Positions 8,798 through 17,998 of a stretch of DNA of 64,000 bases are shown one piece after another. Made by a program: the position numbers and the translations under genes. The notes below the pieces were generated by a model. That model worked only from the letters and a program-made list of their open reading frames with translations. It had not been told where the DNA came from and did no database searches. The stretch is from an uncultured Hyphomicrobiales bacterium. Lineage in GTDB: Bacteria > Pseudomonadota > Alphaproteobacteria > Rhizobiales > BM303. Position 1 is the stretch's first letter, and each line of letters begins with the position of its first letter. Location: contig CAZHLV010000085.1 in assembly GCA_964533415.1 (NCBI GenBank), positions 628 through 64,627 of the forward strand, read 5' to 3'.

Positions 8798-10642
8798 CTA
8801 AAGCCCGAGGCGGCTCAGGGTCTCGCCGGTGGGAACACCGTCCGCCGACCAGCCGCGCAACTCGTAATATTCGGGCAGCATCTTGTCGAGCCCGTTCACG
8901 AGCCCCTTGGCCGGGCCGGTCCTGGCGGCGTCCTTGAGGATGCGCCTGGGCAAGGTGTCGTCCTTGCCGGTAAAGCCCGCAGCCAGGTTGAACTGGCGTT
9001 CCATGTTCCAGATGCGCTCGCCCGCCTCCAGCATGGTCTCCACCGTCCATTCGCCTTCACAGGCAGCATCAACCTGCGGCGCGATGTCCTCCAGGGACCA
9101 GGCAAAGGTGGTGAACAGGCAGATCCCGGCCGAATCCACCGCCGCGGTAGCGTCCTGGAAAGCTTTCACCAGCCCGGCCTTGCCGTCTGTTACCAGCGGA
9201 TCGGTTTTTTCCGGGATGCCGAGAATTTCTGAAGCCACGGTGTAGCCGCGCACATGGCAGGCGCCGCGGTTTGAAGTGGCGTAGTTGAGGCCGATGCCCT
9301 GAATGCCGCGCGGATCATAGGCGGGGAATTCAAGCCCCTTGACCGACATGGACAATTCCGGATGGCCATATTTCTCGCACAGCCGCCTGGAGCCAAGGCC
9401 CAGAACGGCGCCAAAGCCCTCGCCCTTGCCGGTCAGCTCCACCATGGTGGTGAGCGCCTCGGCCGAACCCATGTTGAGCGCAATCCCGCCGGTATCTTCA
9501 TCGGTGATGACGCCGGCGTCATAAAGCTCCATGGCCGCGCCAAGGGTGGCGCCGAAGGTGATGGGATCAATTGCCTGCTCGTTGCAGATGAAATTGGCGT
9601 AGGTGAGCGCTTCAAGGTCATTGATCCCGGTGGCCGCCCCCAAGGACCAGGCCGCTTCATATTCCAGACCGCCCGACGCGCCCCAGTATTCGGGCCTGTT
9701 GACGATGGTATAATGGGACTGGTCGATCTTCGAGACCCGCCCGCAGGCAATGGTGCAGCCAAAGCAGGCCTGGTTGGCCACCAGATTGGTGGTGCCGTCG
9801 CGGCGCGGCTCGCGCATGGCCTCCGCCGATATATCGCCAGCGCCTTCAAACTGCACATCCTCGGCATTGCGGGTGGGCAGTGCGCCGACCTCGTTGATGA
9901 CATTCATCAGGATCTGCGTGCCATGGGTGGGCAGGCCCACGCCGGTAACGGCATTGTCCGCCAGCACCTTCTTGGCGGCGCTGGCCGCTTTCATGAAGGC
10001 TTGCGGGTCGTTCACGGGAACACCCAACGTGCCGCGCACGCCAACGGCTTTCAGGTTTTTCGAGGCCATTACCGTGCCGACGCCGGAGCGGCCCGCGGCG
10101 CGGTGCAGATCATTGACAATGGCGGAATACAAAACCCCGTTTTCCGCCGCGATGCCGACAGAGGCCACCCGCATCATGGGGTCCTGATGGGTTTTCTTGA
10201 TCCATTCTTCGGTGTTCCAGGTCGAGGTTCCCCAGATCTCCGCCGCATCGCGCAATTCGGCCACGTCATTGCAGATATACAGGTAAACCGGTTTTGAAGA
10301 TTTACCCTCCACGATGACCATGTCCCAGCCGGCATTTTTCAGCTCGTTGCCGAAATACCCGCCCGAATTGGAACAGGCGATGGCCCCGGTCAGCGGGCCC
10401 TTGGTAATCACCGAATAGCGCGCGCTGGTGGACGCCCCGGTGCCGGTGAGCGGCCCGGTGGCGAAGATCATCTTGTTTTCAGGTGAGAGCGGATCAACCT
10501 TTGGGTCGATCTCCTCGGTAAGATACTTGGTGGCAAGACCGCGCTGGCCGATATATTTCCTGGCCCAGTCCATGTTGAGATCCTCGGGCGTACAAGTGCC
10601 TTGCGTAAGGTTGACGCGCAGGATTTTCCTTGTCCATGACAT
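8798..10642 (-). CDS. aor: Tungsten-pterin aldehyde:ferredoxin oxidoreductase (AOR family)
   Basis: 614 aa. The N-terminus MSWTRKILRVNLTQG...YIGQRGLATKYL and GPLTG motifs are typical of AOR. A CFGCTIAC cluster motif is present. Confidence 0.9.
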   Translation of the reverse strand: MSWTRKILRVNLTQGTCTPEDLNMDWARKYIGQRGLATKYLTEEIDPKVDPLSPENKMIFATGPLTGTGASTSARYSVITKGPLTGAIACSNSGGYFGNELKNAGWDMVIVEGKSSKPVYLYICNDVAELRDAAEIWGTSTWNTEEWIKKTHQDPMMRVASVGIAAENGVLYSAIVNDLHRAAGRSGVGTVMASKNLKAVGVRGTLGVPVNDPQAFMKAASAAKKVLADNAVTGVGLPTHGTQILMNVINEVGALPTRNAEDVQFEGAGDISAEAMREPRRDGTTNLVANQACFGCTIACGRVSKIDQSHYTIVNRPEYWGASGGLEYEAAWSLGAATGINDLEALTYANFICNEQAIDPITFGATLGAAMELYDAGVITDEDTGGIALNMGSAEALTTMVELTGKGEGFGAVLGLGSRRLCEKYGHPELSMSVKGLEFPAYDPRGIQGIGLNYATSNRGACHVRGYTVASEILGIPEKTDPLVTDGKAGLVKAFQDATAAVDSAGICLFTTFAWSLEDIAPQVDAACEGEWTVETMLEAGERIWNMERQFNLAAGFTGKDDTLPRRILKDAARTGPAKGLVNGLDKMLPEYYELRGWSADGVPTGETLSRLGL

Positions 10643-10659
10643 GATTGTTATCCTCCCCT

Positions 10660-11139
10660 TTAAGATGCGGCCTGCGGCGCGGTATCGGTTTTATGAGCCC
10701 AGTTCTGCATTTTCTCGTAACCGGCCAGATTTGAATCAACGAAAGTGATCGCATCGGTCGGACATTCACGGGCGCAGGCCGGGTCGCCGCCGCACAGATC
10801 GCATTTTTCGACCTTGCCGGAGATGGCGTTGTAATTGATGGTGCCGAACGGGCAGGCGATGGTGCAGACCTTGCAGCCAACGCAGGTCGAGGCATTTACC
10901 GACTTGACGCCGCTCACCGGGTCGGAGGTGATCGCGCCCACCGGGCAGACCTGCATGCACCAGGCCTGATCGCACTGGGTGCAGGTATAGGGGACAAACC
11001 GCGCCTCTTCTTCAAACACGAAGACGCGGATGCGTGAGCGCGTGACATTAAATATTCCCTCATGTTCAAAAGAGCAGGCCAGTTCGCACTGTTTGCACCC
11101 CGTGCATTTGCCCGCATCAAGAACCAAAGCCTTTTGCAT
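10660..11139 (-). CDS. 4Fe-4S dicluster/polyferredoxin-like protein (AorA-like)
   Basis: Part of ORF 10660..11208. The start is set at M24, which is preceded by GGGAGGA. Multiple CxxCxxCxxxC(P) motifs are present (CTGCKQCELAC, CVGCKVCTIACP and others). Confidence 0.85.
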   Translation of the reverse strand: MQKALVLDAGKCTGCKQCELACSFEHEGIFNVTRSRIRVFVFEEEARFVPYTCTQCDQAWCMQVCPVGAITSDPVSGVKSVNASTCVGCKVCTIACPFGTINYNAISGKVEKCDLCGGDPACARECPTDAITFVDSNLAGYEKMQNWAHKTDTAPQAAS

Positions 11140-11342
11140 TTTTTCCTCCCGGTTGTTTTTTTGCATCTGCAAATAGAAATTACTTAAGCAAATTCTAATG
11201 TTTAGCAAGATTCTGGTACTTTACCAGAGAGAGCTTCACATGCAAATATTTCTTGGGGCCGGCCCCGGCTACCAGGTGCTTGACAATTGCGCCGAAGGGG
11301 CCATCCTGACCGCCAGCCAATCATCAGGAGGATCAACCCAAG

Positions 11343-12509
11343 ATGCCCGTTATCAACCGTATTGCCGAGTTTGGCGATCAAATCACCAGGTGGCGACAGG
11401 ATTTCCATGCCCATCCTGAACTGCTTTACGATGTGCGCCGGACTGCCGGAAAAGTTGCGGATTTGTTGCGTGAATTTGGCGTGGATGAGATTATCACCGG
11501 TATCGGGAAAACCGGCGTTGTCGGGCTGATCCGGGGGCGGAAAACGAACAGCAGCAAGGTGATCGGGCTGCGGGCGGATATGGATGCCTTGCCCATGGAT
11601 GAGGCTTCCGATTTGCCCTATGCTTCAAAAAACGCTGGTAAAATGCACGCTTGCGGGCATGACGGGCACACGGCGATGTTGCTGGGGGCGGCAAAATATC
11701 TTTGTGAAACGCGCAATTTCAATGGCACGGCGGCGTTGATTTTCCAGCCCGCCGAAGAAGGCGGCGCCGGAGCAAGGGCGATGATTGATGACGGGCTGAT
11801 GGAGCGTTTTGGAATCAACGAGGTTTACGGGCTGCATAATTATCCGGGCATGAAGGTGGGGCAGTTTGGCATGCGCACCGGCGCCTTGCTGGCGGCGGCG
11901 GATTTTCTTGAGTTCACCATCACCGGCAAGGGCGGCCATGCGGCCAAACCGCAATCATGCATTGATCCGATCATTGCCGGAACCGCGGTGGTTCAGGCGC
12001 TGCAAGCTTTCGTGTCACGAAATGTTGACCCGTTGCAGCCGGTCGTGGTTTCGATCACAAGGTTCAATTCCGGCACAACCGACAATGTTATCCCGCCTCA
12101 GGCAAAACTTGCCGGTACGGTTCGTTCCATGGACCGGCAGGTGGGCGACCTGGCGGAAAGGCGCATTCAGGAGATTATTACCGAAGTGGCCACCGCTTAT
12201 GGCTGCACAACCCGGATCAACTATTCGCGTGAATATCCGCCCACCATAAACCACGCCGCGCAAACCGCCTTTGCCGGACAGGTTGCGGCAAGCATCGTTG
12301 GCGAGGCCAATGTCAACATGGACATGACGCCGGTGATGGGGGGCGAGGATTTTTCCTTCATGCTGGAAGAGCGCCCCGGCGCTTTTGTGTTTATCGGCAA
12401 TGGCGAGAGCGCCGGGCTGCATCATCCGGCCTATGATTTCAACGATGCGGCAATCCCCTACGGGGTTTCATACCTGGTTGAACTGGCGCAAGGTTACATG
12501 CCCCTGTAA
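11343..12509 (+). CDS. M20-family amidohydrolase (aminoacylase/hippurate hydrolase-like)
   Basis: 388 aa with an HACGHDGH metal-binding motif. The length and layout are typical of the family. Confidence 0.85.
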   Translation: MPVINRIAEFGDQITRWRQDFHAHPELLYDVRRTAGKVADLLREFGVDEIITGIGKTGVVGLIRGRKTNSSKVIGLRADMDALPMDEASDLPYASKNAGKMHACGHDGHTAMLLGAAKYLCETRNFNGTAALIFQPAEEGGAGARAMIDDGLMERFGINEVYGLHNYPGMKVGQFGMRTGALLAAADFLEFTITGKGGHAAKPQSCIDPIIAGTAVVQALQAFVSRNVDPLQPVVVSITRFNSGTTDNVIPPQAKLAGTVRSMDRQVGDLAERRIQEIITEVATAYGCTTRINYSREYPPTINHAAQTAFAGQVAASIVGEANVNMDMTPVMGGEDFSFMLEERPGAFVFIGNGESAGLHHPAYDFNDAAIPYGVSYLVELAQGYMPL

Positions 12510-12568
12510 GCGGATAACGCCTTGGGGCGGGAGATCATTGCACGGAATTTTTTTGCATTTTTCCAGAT

Positions 12569-14233
12569 ATGAGGTATGAAGGCGGCAATCTTCAATCCTC
12601 ACCCCCCAAATGGATATCCGACGTGATCAAGCCAACGCTTGCGGCCTTTGCTGCGCAACTCTCTGTTTCCAGGCTCAAGGACAGCAAAACCAGCCTGTGC
12701 TCGCCCGAATGCATCAAAACCGAAGTGCTTTCCGGGCTGACCGTGGCGCTGGCGCTGGTGCCCGAGGCGGTGGCGTTTTCCTTCGTGGCCGGGGTGCACC
12801 CGCTGGTGGGACTTTACGCGGCCTTCATGGTGGGGCTGATAACAGCTGTTTTCGGGGGCCGGGCGGGGATGATTTCAGGCGCTACCGGCGCGCTGGCGGT
12901 GGTGATGGTGGCGCTGGTTTCCCGGCACGGGGTTGAATATCTTTTCGCCACCGTGGTGCTGATGGGCATATTGCAGATTCTCGCCGGAATTTTTCATCTC
13001 GGCAAGTTCATCCGGCTGGTGCCGCATCCGGTGATGCTGGGCTTTGTCAACGGGCTGGCGATCGTTATTTTCCTGGCCCAGCTCAGCCAGTTTCAGGTGA
13101 CCGGGGCCGATGGCGCCAAGGTATGGATGTCCGGCTGGCCGCTGGTTGTCATGCTGGGGCTGGTGGCTCTCACCATGTTCATCATCTGGGTAATGCCGAA
13201 GATCACCGGCTTTATCCCTGCACCGCTGGCCGGGATCTTTGTTGTGGCGGCGCTGGTGATTGTCTTTGGCATTGATGTGCCGCGGGTCGGGGATCTGGCC
13301 TCCATCAAGGGGGGCTTGCCGCAATTTCATATCCCCCTTGTGCCGCTTGATCTTGAAACCCTGAAAATCATCTTTCCCTATGCGCTGATCCTGGCGGCGA
13401 TCGGGCTGATTGAAAGCCTGCTGACCCTTAACCTGATTGGCGAGATGACCGGCAAGGGCGGCGGGGCCTCGCGTGAATGCGCCGCGCAGGGGCTGGCCAA
13501 TGTGGTCACCGGCTTTTTTGGCGGCATGGGCGGCTGCGCCATGATCGGCCAGTCGATGATTAATGTAAAATCCGGCGGGCGCACCCGGCTCTCGGGAATT
13601 TCTGCTGCCCTGTTCCTGCTCAGCTTCATCCTGTTTGCCTCCGGGCTGATCGAGCAAATCCCGCTGGCGGCACTGGTGGGGGTGATGTTCATGGTGGTGG
13701 TGGGCACCTTTGCCTGGCAGAGCCTGACAATCCTGCGGCGCATTCCGCTCACCGATGCGCTGGTGATGATCCTGGTGACCATCGTCACGGTGATGAGCGA
13801 TCTGGCGATTGCCGTGGTGGTGGGGGTGATTGTCTCGGCGCTGGCTTTTGCCTGGAGCAACGCCACCCATATTCACGCTACCTCGAAAATCAGCGATGAA
13901 GGGGCAAAGATCTACCAGATCGAGGGCTTGTTGTTCTTTGGCTCGGTGGAAGGTTTTGGCGCGATTTTCAACCCGGCGGAAGACCCGGATCTGGTGATCG
14001 TGGATTTCATGAACAGCCGGGTCGTAGACCAGTCGGCCCTGCAGGCGATCGAGGCGCTGGCGCGCAAATATGAAGCCTTGGGCAAGACCTTGCAGCTCCG
14101 GCATCTCACCCAGGATTGCCACAAGCTGCTGAACCGGGCCGGTCAGCTCATGGTGGATTCTGATGATGATCCCCATTATGGCGTCGCGGTGGATTACTCG
14201 GTCAAAACCGGCGCATTGGGCAGCGGGCATTAA
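12569..14233 (+). CDS. SulP-family anion transporter with C-terminal STAS domain
   Basis: 554 aa with a polytopic core ([17 protein letters not shown]...). The soluble C-terminal domain ([12 protein letters not shown]...) resembles STAS. Confidence 0.85.
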   Translation: MRYEGGNLQSSPPKWISDVIKPTLAAFAAQLSVSRLKDSKTSLCSPECIKTEVLSGLTVALALVPEAVAFSFVAGVHPLVGLYAAFMVGLITAVFGGRAGMISGATGALAVVMVALVSRHGVEYLFATVVLMGILQILAGIFHLGKFIRLVPHPVMLGFVNGLAIVIFLAQLSQFQVTGADGAKVWMSGWPLVVMLGLVALTMFIIWVMPKITGFIPAPLAGIFVVAALVIVFGIDVPRVGDLASIKGGLPQFHIPLVPLDLETLKIIFPYALILAAIGLIESLLTLNLIGEMTGKGGGASRECAAQGLANVVTGFFGGMGGCAMIGQSMINVKSGGRTRLSGISAALFLLSFILFASGLIEQIPLAALVGVMFMVVVGTFAWQSLTILRRIPLTDALVMILVTIVTVMSDLAIAVVVGVIVSALAFAWSNATHIHATSKISDEGAKIYQIEGLLFFGSVEGFGAIFNPAEDPDLVIVDFMNSRVVDQSALQAIEALARKYEALGKTLQLRHLTQDCHKLLNRAGQLMVDSDDDPHYGVAVDYSVKTGALGSGH

Positions 14234-15186
14234 AGCGTTGAGAGCCACCAGGCGATAGCGCGCATATCGGCTTCGGGTATTTCGGCAATGCTTTCCTTCA
14301 TGACCTCATACTGGTCATTGGCACGGGCGCGGCTTTTGAAATCCTGCATCTGTTTGAAAGCGTAATCGGCGCTCTGCCCGGCAAGTTTCGGATAAGCGGG
14401 AATGGCCGGGGTTGCGGCGTCCTCGCCGTGGCAGGCGGTGCAATTGTGATCGGCAAATTTGCTTGCACCCAATGCCGCCAGCTTGGCGTCACCGGTGATT
14501 TTCGGGATCGTCGGGTCTTCCTCGTTCAATGCCACATCGGATTCATCATCGGGCTCATCCTCAACCTTTTGATCCTTGGCATGGGTTTGCATGAATTGCA
14601 CGATCAGCGCCTTCTTGCCCTCGGACAAACCGGCCCGCACGGTCATGATCTTGAGAATTGAAGGCCATTGATTGGCGGTGAACTCGGTGGGCCGGTGCAG
14701 GGCGTGGCACCTCGTACAACGCTGGTGAAACAGGTGGCGTGCGGTTTTCCAGATTGCCTTGATATCTTCAGATGTATCTTTTTTGGCGATCCAGCCGGTC
14801 AGGCGCACATCCTGCCAGACGCTTTCATAATAGTCTTCCTTTTGCGCAATGACCTTTCGCCCCTCAAGCCCCTGATCGGTGATCTTGGCCAAACGGATGC
14901 GCTGGCCCATTTCAATAAACAGGTATTTCTCACCGCCCTCTGGCGACCAGCCGGTGATCTCCACCTTCACCTGCCCTCCCTTTTCATCCAGAACGCGAAG
15001 CGGCACTGCCGGGGAAATACGGGCGATAACGGTCCCGTTTTCCGCTGCATTATGTAATGGGGTCAGGGTCTTGGTGTAAAGAACCGGCCCTTGCGTGACC
15101 GCGTGAACCGGGATGCCAAGACCGAGCCACAGGGCAAGCAAGATCAAGACGGGTAAAAAGCGCAATGGAGAGAAGATGCGAGGCAT
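14230..15186 (-). CDS. Periplasmic dihaem c-type cytochrome
   Basis: Signal peptide, two CxxCH motifs (CTRCH, CTACH) and a C-terminal class-I cytochrome c-like segment ([11 protein letters not shown]). It lies downstream of the molybdoenzyme gene. Confidence 0.7.
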   Translation of the reverse strand: MPRIFSPLRFLPVLILLALWLGLGIPVHAVTQGPVLYTKTLTPLHNAAENGTVIARISPAVPLRVLDEKGGQVKVEITGWSPEGGEKYLFIEMGQRIRLAKITDQGLEGRKVIAQKEDYYESVWQDVRLTGWIAKKDTSEDIKAIWKTARHLFHQRCTRCHALHRPTEFTANQWPSILKIMTVRAGLSEGKKALIVQFMQTHAKDQKVEDEPDDESDVALNEEDPTIPKITGDAKLAALGASKFADHNCTACHGEDAATPAIPAYPKLAGQSADYAFKQMQDFKSRARANDQYEVMKESIAEIPEADMRAIAWWLSTL

Positions 15187-15288
15187 GATTCGTGTTCCCT
15201 GGATTGTTTTAAAGAGACATGAGGACAGCGCGAAAAATGCGGGGCGCCCGGATATACCGGGCGCCCCTTTTCAGGGCATGGGAGAAGA

Positions 15289-17718
15289 TCAGGCGCCAGC
15301 AGGCGGTGTAAATGCGGTGATTGCCGGAACAGCTCCCTTGAAGACCTCCACCTCGACAAGGGCGGTATTGGCAATATTGCCCTGGGCCAGCTTGGAGGTT
15401 CCCTTGTCAATGGTCACCAGGTTGATATTGCCATGCTTGCACAGGGCGCCCGCCTCGCCGGGCTTGTCCGGGTCATACCATGCGCCTTCTTGCAGCATCA
15501 CCACGCCGGGGCGGATGCGCTTGGTCACGATAGCCCCGGCAAGGGTGGCGCCGCGGTCATTGAACACCTTGACCACATCGCCGCTCTTGATGCCGCGCGC
15601 CTTGGCATCTTCCACATTGACCCAGACCGGCTCGCGCCCGGCCACCTCATAGGTGTTGCGCAGCCAGGTATTGTCCATTTGCGAATGGAGCCGGTATTTG
15701 GGATGTGGCGAGACAATATGGAGCGGGTGTCTGGCGGCCTTTTTCGAGCCAAGCCACTCGATGGGTTCCAGCCATGTGGGATGGGGCGGGCAATCGTCAT
15801 ATTTGAAGCCCTCGATCTTGCGCGAGTAAATATGGATCTTGCCCGACGGGGTGCCCAGCGCATTCTCGATCGGATTTTCGCGAAACTCGGAGAAGCGGGT
15901 ATAGTTTTTCGCCTCTGCCGGGATCGGGAACTCGATCACCTGGGTTGTATTCCAGAAGGTCTTGAAGTCGGGCATTTTGAGCCCCTTCTTCTTGGCGTCT
16001 TTGGCCGCCTCTTCATAGAAGGATTCGATCCAGTCCATCTCGCTCTTGCCCTCGGTATACTTGTCCTTGAAACCGAGCTTGTCAGCAATCGCGGCAAAGA
16101 TTTCGTAATCACTGCGCGATTCATAGCGGGACTCGATCAGCCTGGGCATGGCGACAATGTAATGCTCCGAATACTCGCTGGCCGAGACAATATCATTGCG
16201 CTCGAAGGTGGTATTCACCGGCAGGACAATATCGGCAAATTGCGCCGTATTGGTCCAGAACATCTCGTTGACGATGATGGTTTCAGGTTTCTGCCAGGCC
16301 TTGATCTGCCGGTTGCGATCCATCTGGTGGCTCAGCGGATTACCGCCCGCCCAATAAACCAGCTTGATATCGGGATAGGTGATCTTCTCGCCGTTATAGT
16401 CCACCACCTTGCCCGGATTAAGCAACATATCGCTCAGGCCCCGCGCATATGGCACCGCGGTTTTCACCGGGTTTTCGCCCGATGGAATGCCGCCCAAAGC
16501 CGCGCCCTTGGCGGTAAGCGAGCCGCCATTGGCGTAGTGATAGCTCAGGCCAAAGCCGCCGCCGGGAAGGCCGATATCGCCCAGCATGGCGGCCAGCGCG
16601 ACGAGTGACCAATAGGATTGCTCGCCATGATCCTGGCGCTGGATGGCCCAGCCGCTCATCAGCATGGTGCGTCCCTTGGCCATGGTGCGGGCCAGTTGCC
16701 TGATGGTATCTGCCGGGATGGAGGTGATTTTTGCCGCCCATTCGGCGGTTTTGGCGGGGCTGCCATCCTTGCCCAGCAGATAGGGCAGGAACTTCTTGAA
16801 GCCCACCGTGTATTTTTTCACGAAGGCCTTGTCGTAAAGATCTTCGGTGTACAAGGTATGCATCATGCCCATCATCAGGGCGGTGTCGGTATTGGGGGTA
16901 ATGGGCACCCATTCGGCGCCAAGATATTTCGCCGTATCGGTGATGCGCGGATCAATCGAGATGATTTTCTTGCCTGCCGCTTTCAGCCTGGCAAGGTAAT
17001 CATAGGTGGTGTGGTCGGTGGGTTCCCAGCCGATCTGGTTATTCTTGAAAAGGGTTGCGCCCCACAAAACCACCGTGTCGGTGTATTTCAGGACCGTCTC
17101 CCAGGCGGTGGGCTGGTCATAGACTTCCGTGCCGCCAATGACATGGGGCAGGATAACCATGGCGGCGGCAATGGAGAAATCACCGGAATTGTCCACGAAG
17201 CCGCCGAACTGGCCCAGCATGCGGCGCAGCAAAACCGGCGAGTTGTGGAGTTTACCCACCGAATGCCAGTCCACGGAGCCTGAATGGATAGCTTCATTGC
17301 CGTAAGTCTTCTTGACGCGTTTCAACTCCGAGGCCACGAGTTCGGTGGCCTTGTCCCAGCTTACGCGAACAAACTTGCCCTTGCCGCGCTGGGAAGTGTC
17401 GCTTTTGGCGCCGTCTTTCAGAAAGCCCTCGCGCACCATGGGATATTTCACCCGGTTGCGGGTATAAACCCGATCGGGGAAAGCCTGAATGACCGGCGAG
17501 GGCGAAAAGGCATCCTTGCCATAAGGCTCAACACGGGTGAGTCGCCCCGATTCAACGAAGGCCTTGATAATCCCCCAATGGGTCGCCGTCATGCGCGAGG
17601 AAGCGTCCAGCAGGGGCGCGGTGAGCAGGGTATGGGCGCCGGCAAGGGGAGGCATCGCGGCCATCCCGCCAAATGCAGCCGTGGTCCCCAGAAATGATCG
17701 TCTGGTCAGCTTTGTCAT
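15289..17718 (-). CDS. DMSO/TMAO/biotin-sulfoxide reductase-family molybdopterin oxidoreductase, Tat-exported
   Basis: 809 aa with the twin-arginine signal MTKLTRRSFLGTTAAFGG...LAGA. There is no N-terminal Cys cluster, as in type III DMSO-reductase-family enzymes. Confidence 0.85.
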   Translation of the reverse strand: MTKLTRRSFLGTTAAFGGMAAMPPLAGAHTLLTAPLLDASSRMTATHWGIIKAFVESGRLTRVEPYGKDAFSPSPVIQAFPDRVYTRNRVKYPMVREGFLKDGAKSDTSQRGKGKFVRVSWDKATELVASELKRVKKTYGNEAIHSGSVDWHSVGKLHNSPVLLRRMLGQFGGFVDNSGDFSIAAAMVILPHVIGGTEVYDQPTAWETVLKYTDTVVLWGATLFKNNQIGWEPTDHTTYDYLARLKAAGKKIISIDPRITDTAKYLGAEWVPITPNTDTALMMGMMHTLYTEDLYDKAFVKKYTVGFKKFLPYLLGKDGSPAKTAEWAAKITSIPADTIRQLARTMAKGRTMLMSGWAIQRQDHGEQSYWSLVALAAMLGDIGLPGGGFGLSYHYANGGSLTAKGAALGGIPSGENPVKTAVPYARGLSDMLLNPGKVVDYNGEKITYPDIKLVYWAGGNPLSHQMDRNRQIKAWQKPETIIVNEMFWTNTAQFADIVLPVNTTFERNDIVSASEYSEHYIVAMPRLIESRYESRSDYEIFAAIADKLGFKDKYTEGKSEMDWIESFYEEAAKDAKKKGLKMPDFKTFWNTTQVIEFPIPAEAKNYTRFSEFRENPIENALGTPSGKIHIYSRKIEGFKYDDCPPHPTWLEPIEWLGSKKAARHPLHIVSPHPKYRLHSQMDNTWLRNTYEVAGREPVWVNVEDAKARGIKSGDVVKVFNDRGATLAGAIVTKRIRPGVVMLQEGAWYDPDKPGEAGALCKHGNINLVTIDKGTSKLAQGNIANTALVEVEVFKGAVPAITAFTPPAGA

Positions 17719-17998
17719 GATCTCTCTCCCTTGTGAAAACCCGTGAAAACAGGATCGGCATTTCCGCCATCCTGATAAAAATCGACAGGATGGATTCTAC
17801 CAGGACAGCCGGACTCCTCTTAGATGCGCCGGGTGAGGTTTTCATGGGTACGGCAAGAAAGGTTTTTTCAGATTTCAAAATCTATCGGAGCCATCCCGGA
17901 GGACGAGGAACATGGCGTGGTCTGAGGCCGGGCAATACGGGAGAGAGTGCAGATCCCTTCACGAATCTGCTTTTCCGTAACCGAGGGGAACCCCATCA

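Noticed and set aside
12875-14248. Long antisense ORFs inside real genes. Examples on the minus strand: 12875..14248, 54574..55965, 58336..59901, 35300..36199, 36946..37989, 40763..41662 and 29678..30508. Examples on the plus strand: 467..1507, 9362..10297 and 15433..16608.
   Set aside because: These are shadow ORFs typical of GC-rich DNA. Their composition is Arg/Gly/His/Pro/Gln-rich and low-complexity, with no recognisable motifs. Each lies opposite a gene with strong family signatures.
17733-17755. TorR-type tor boxes. The decamer direct repeats CTGTTTTCAC/GGGTTTTCAC resemble CTGTTCATAT.
   Set aside because: They sit between the RBS and only about 35 nt from the ATG. That places them inside the 5' UTR, or too close for a -35-proximal activator site, and the similarity is limited to CTGTT.
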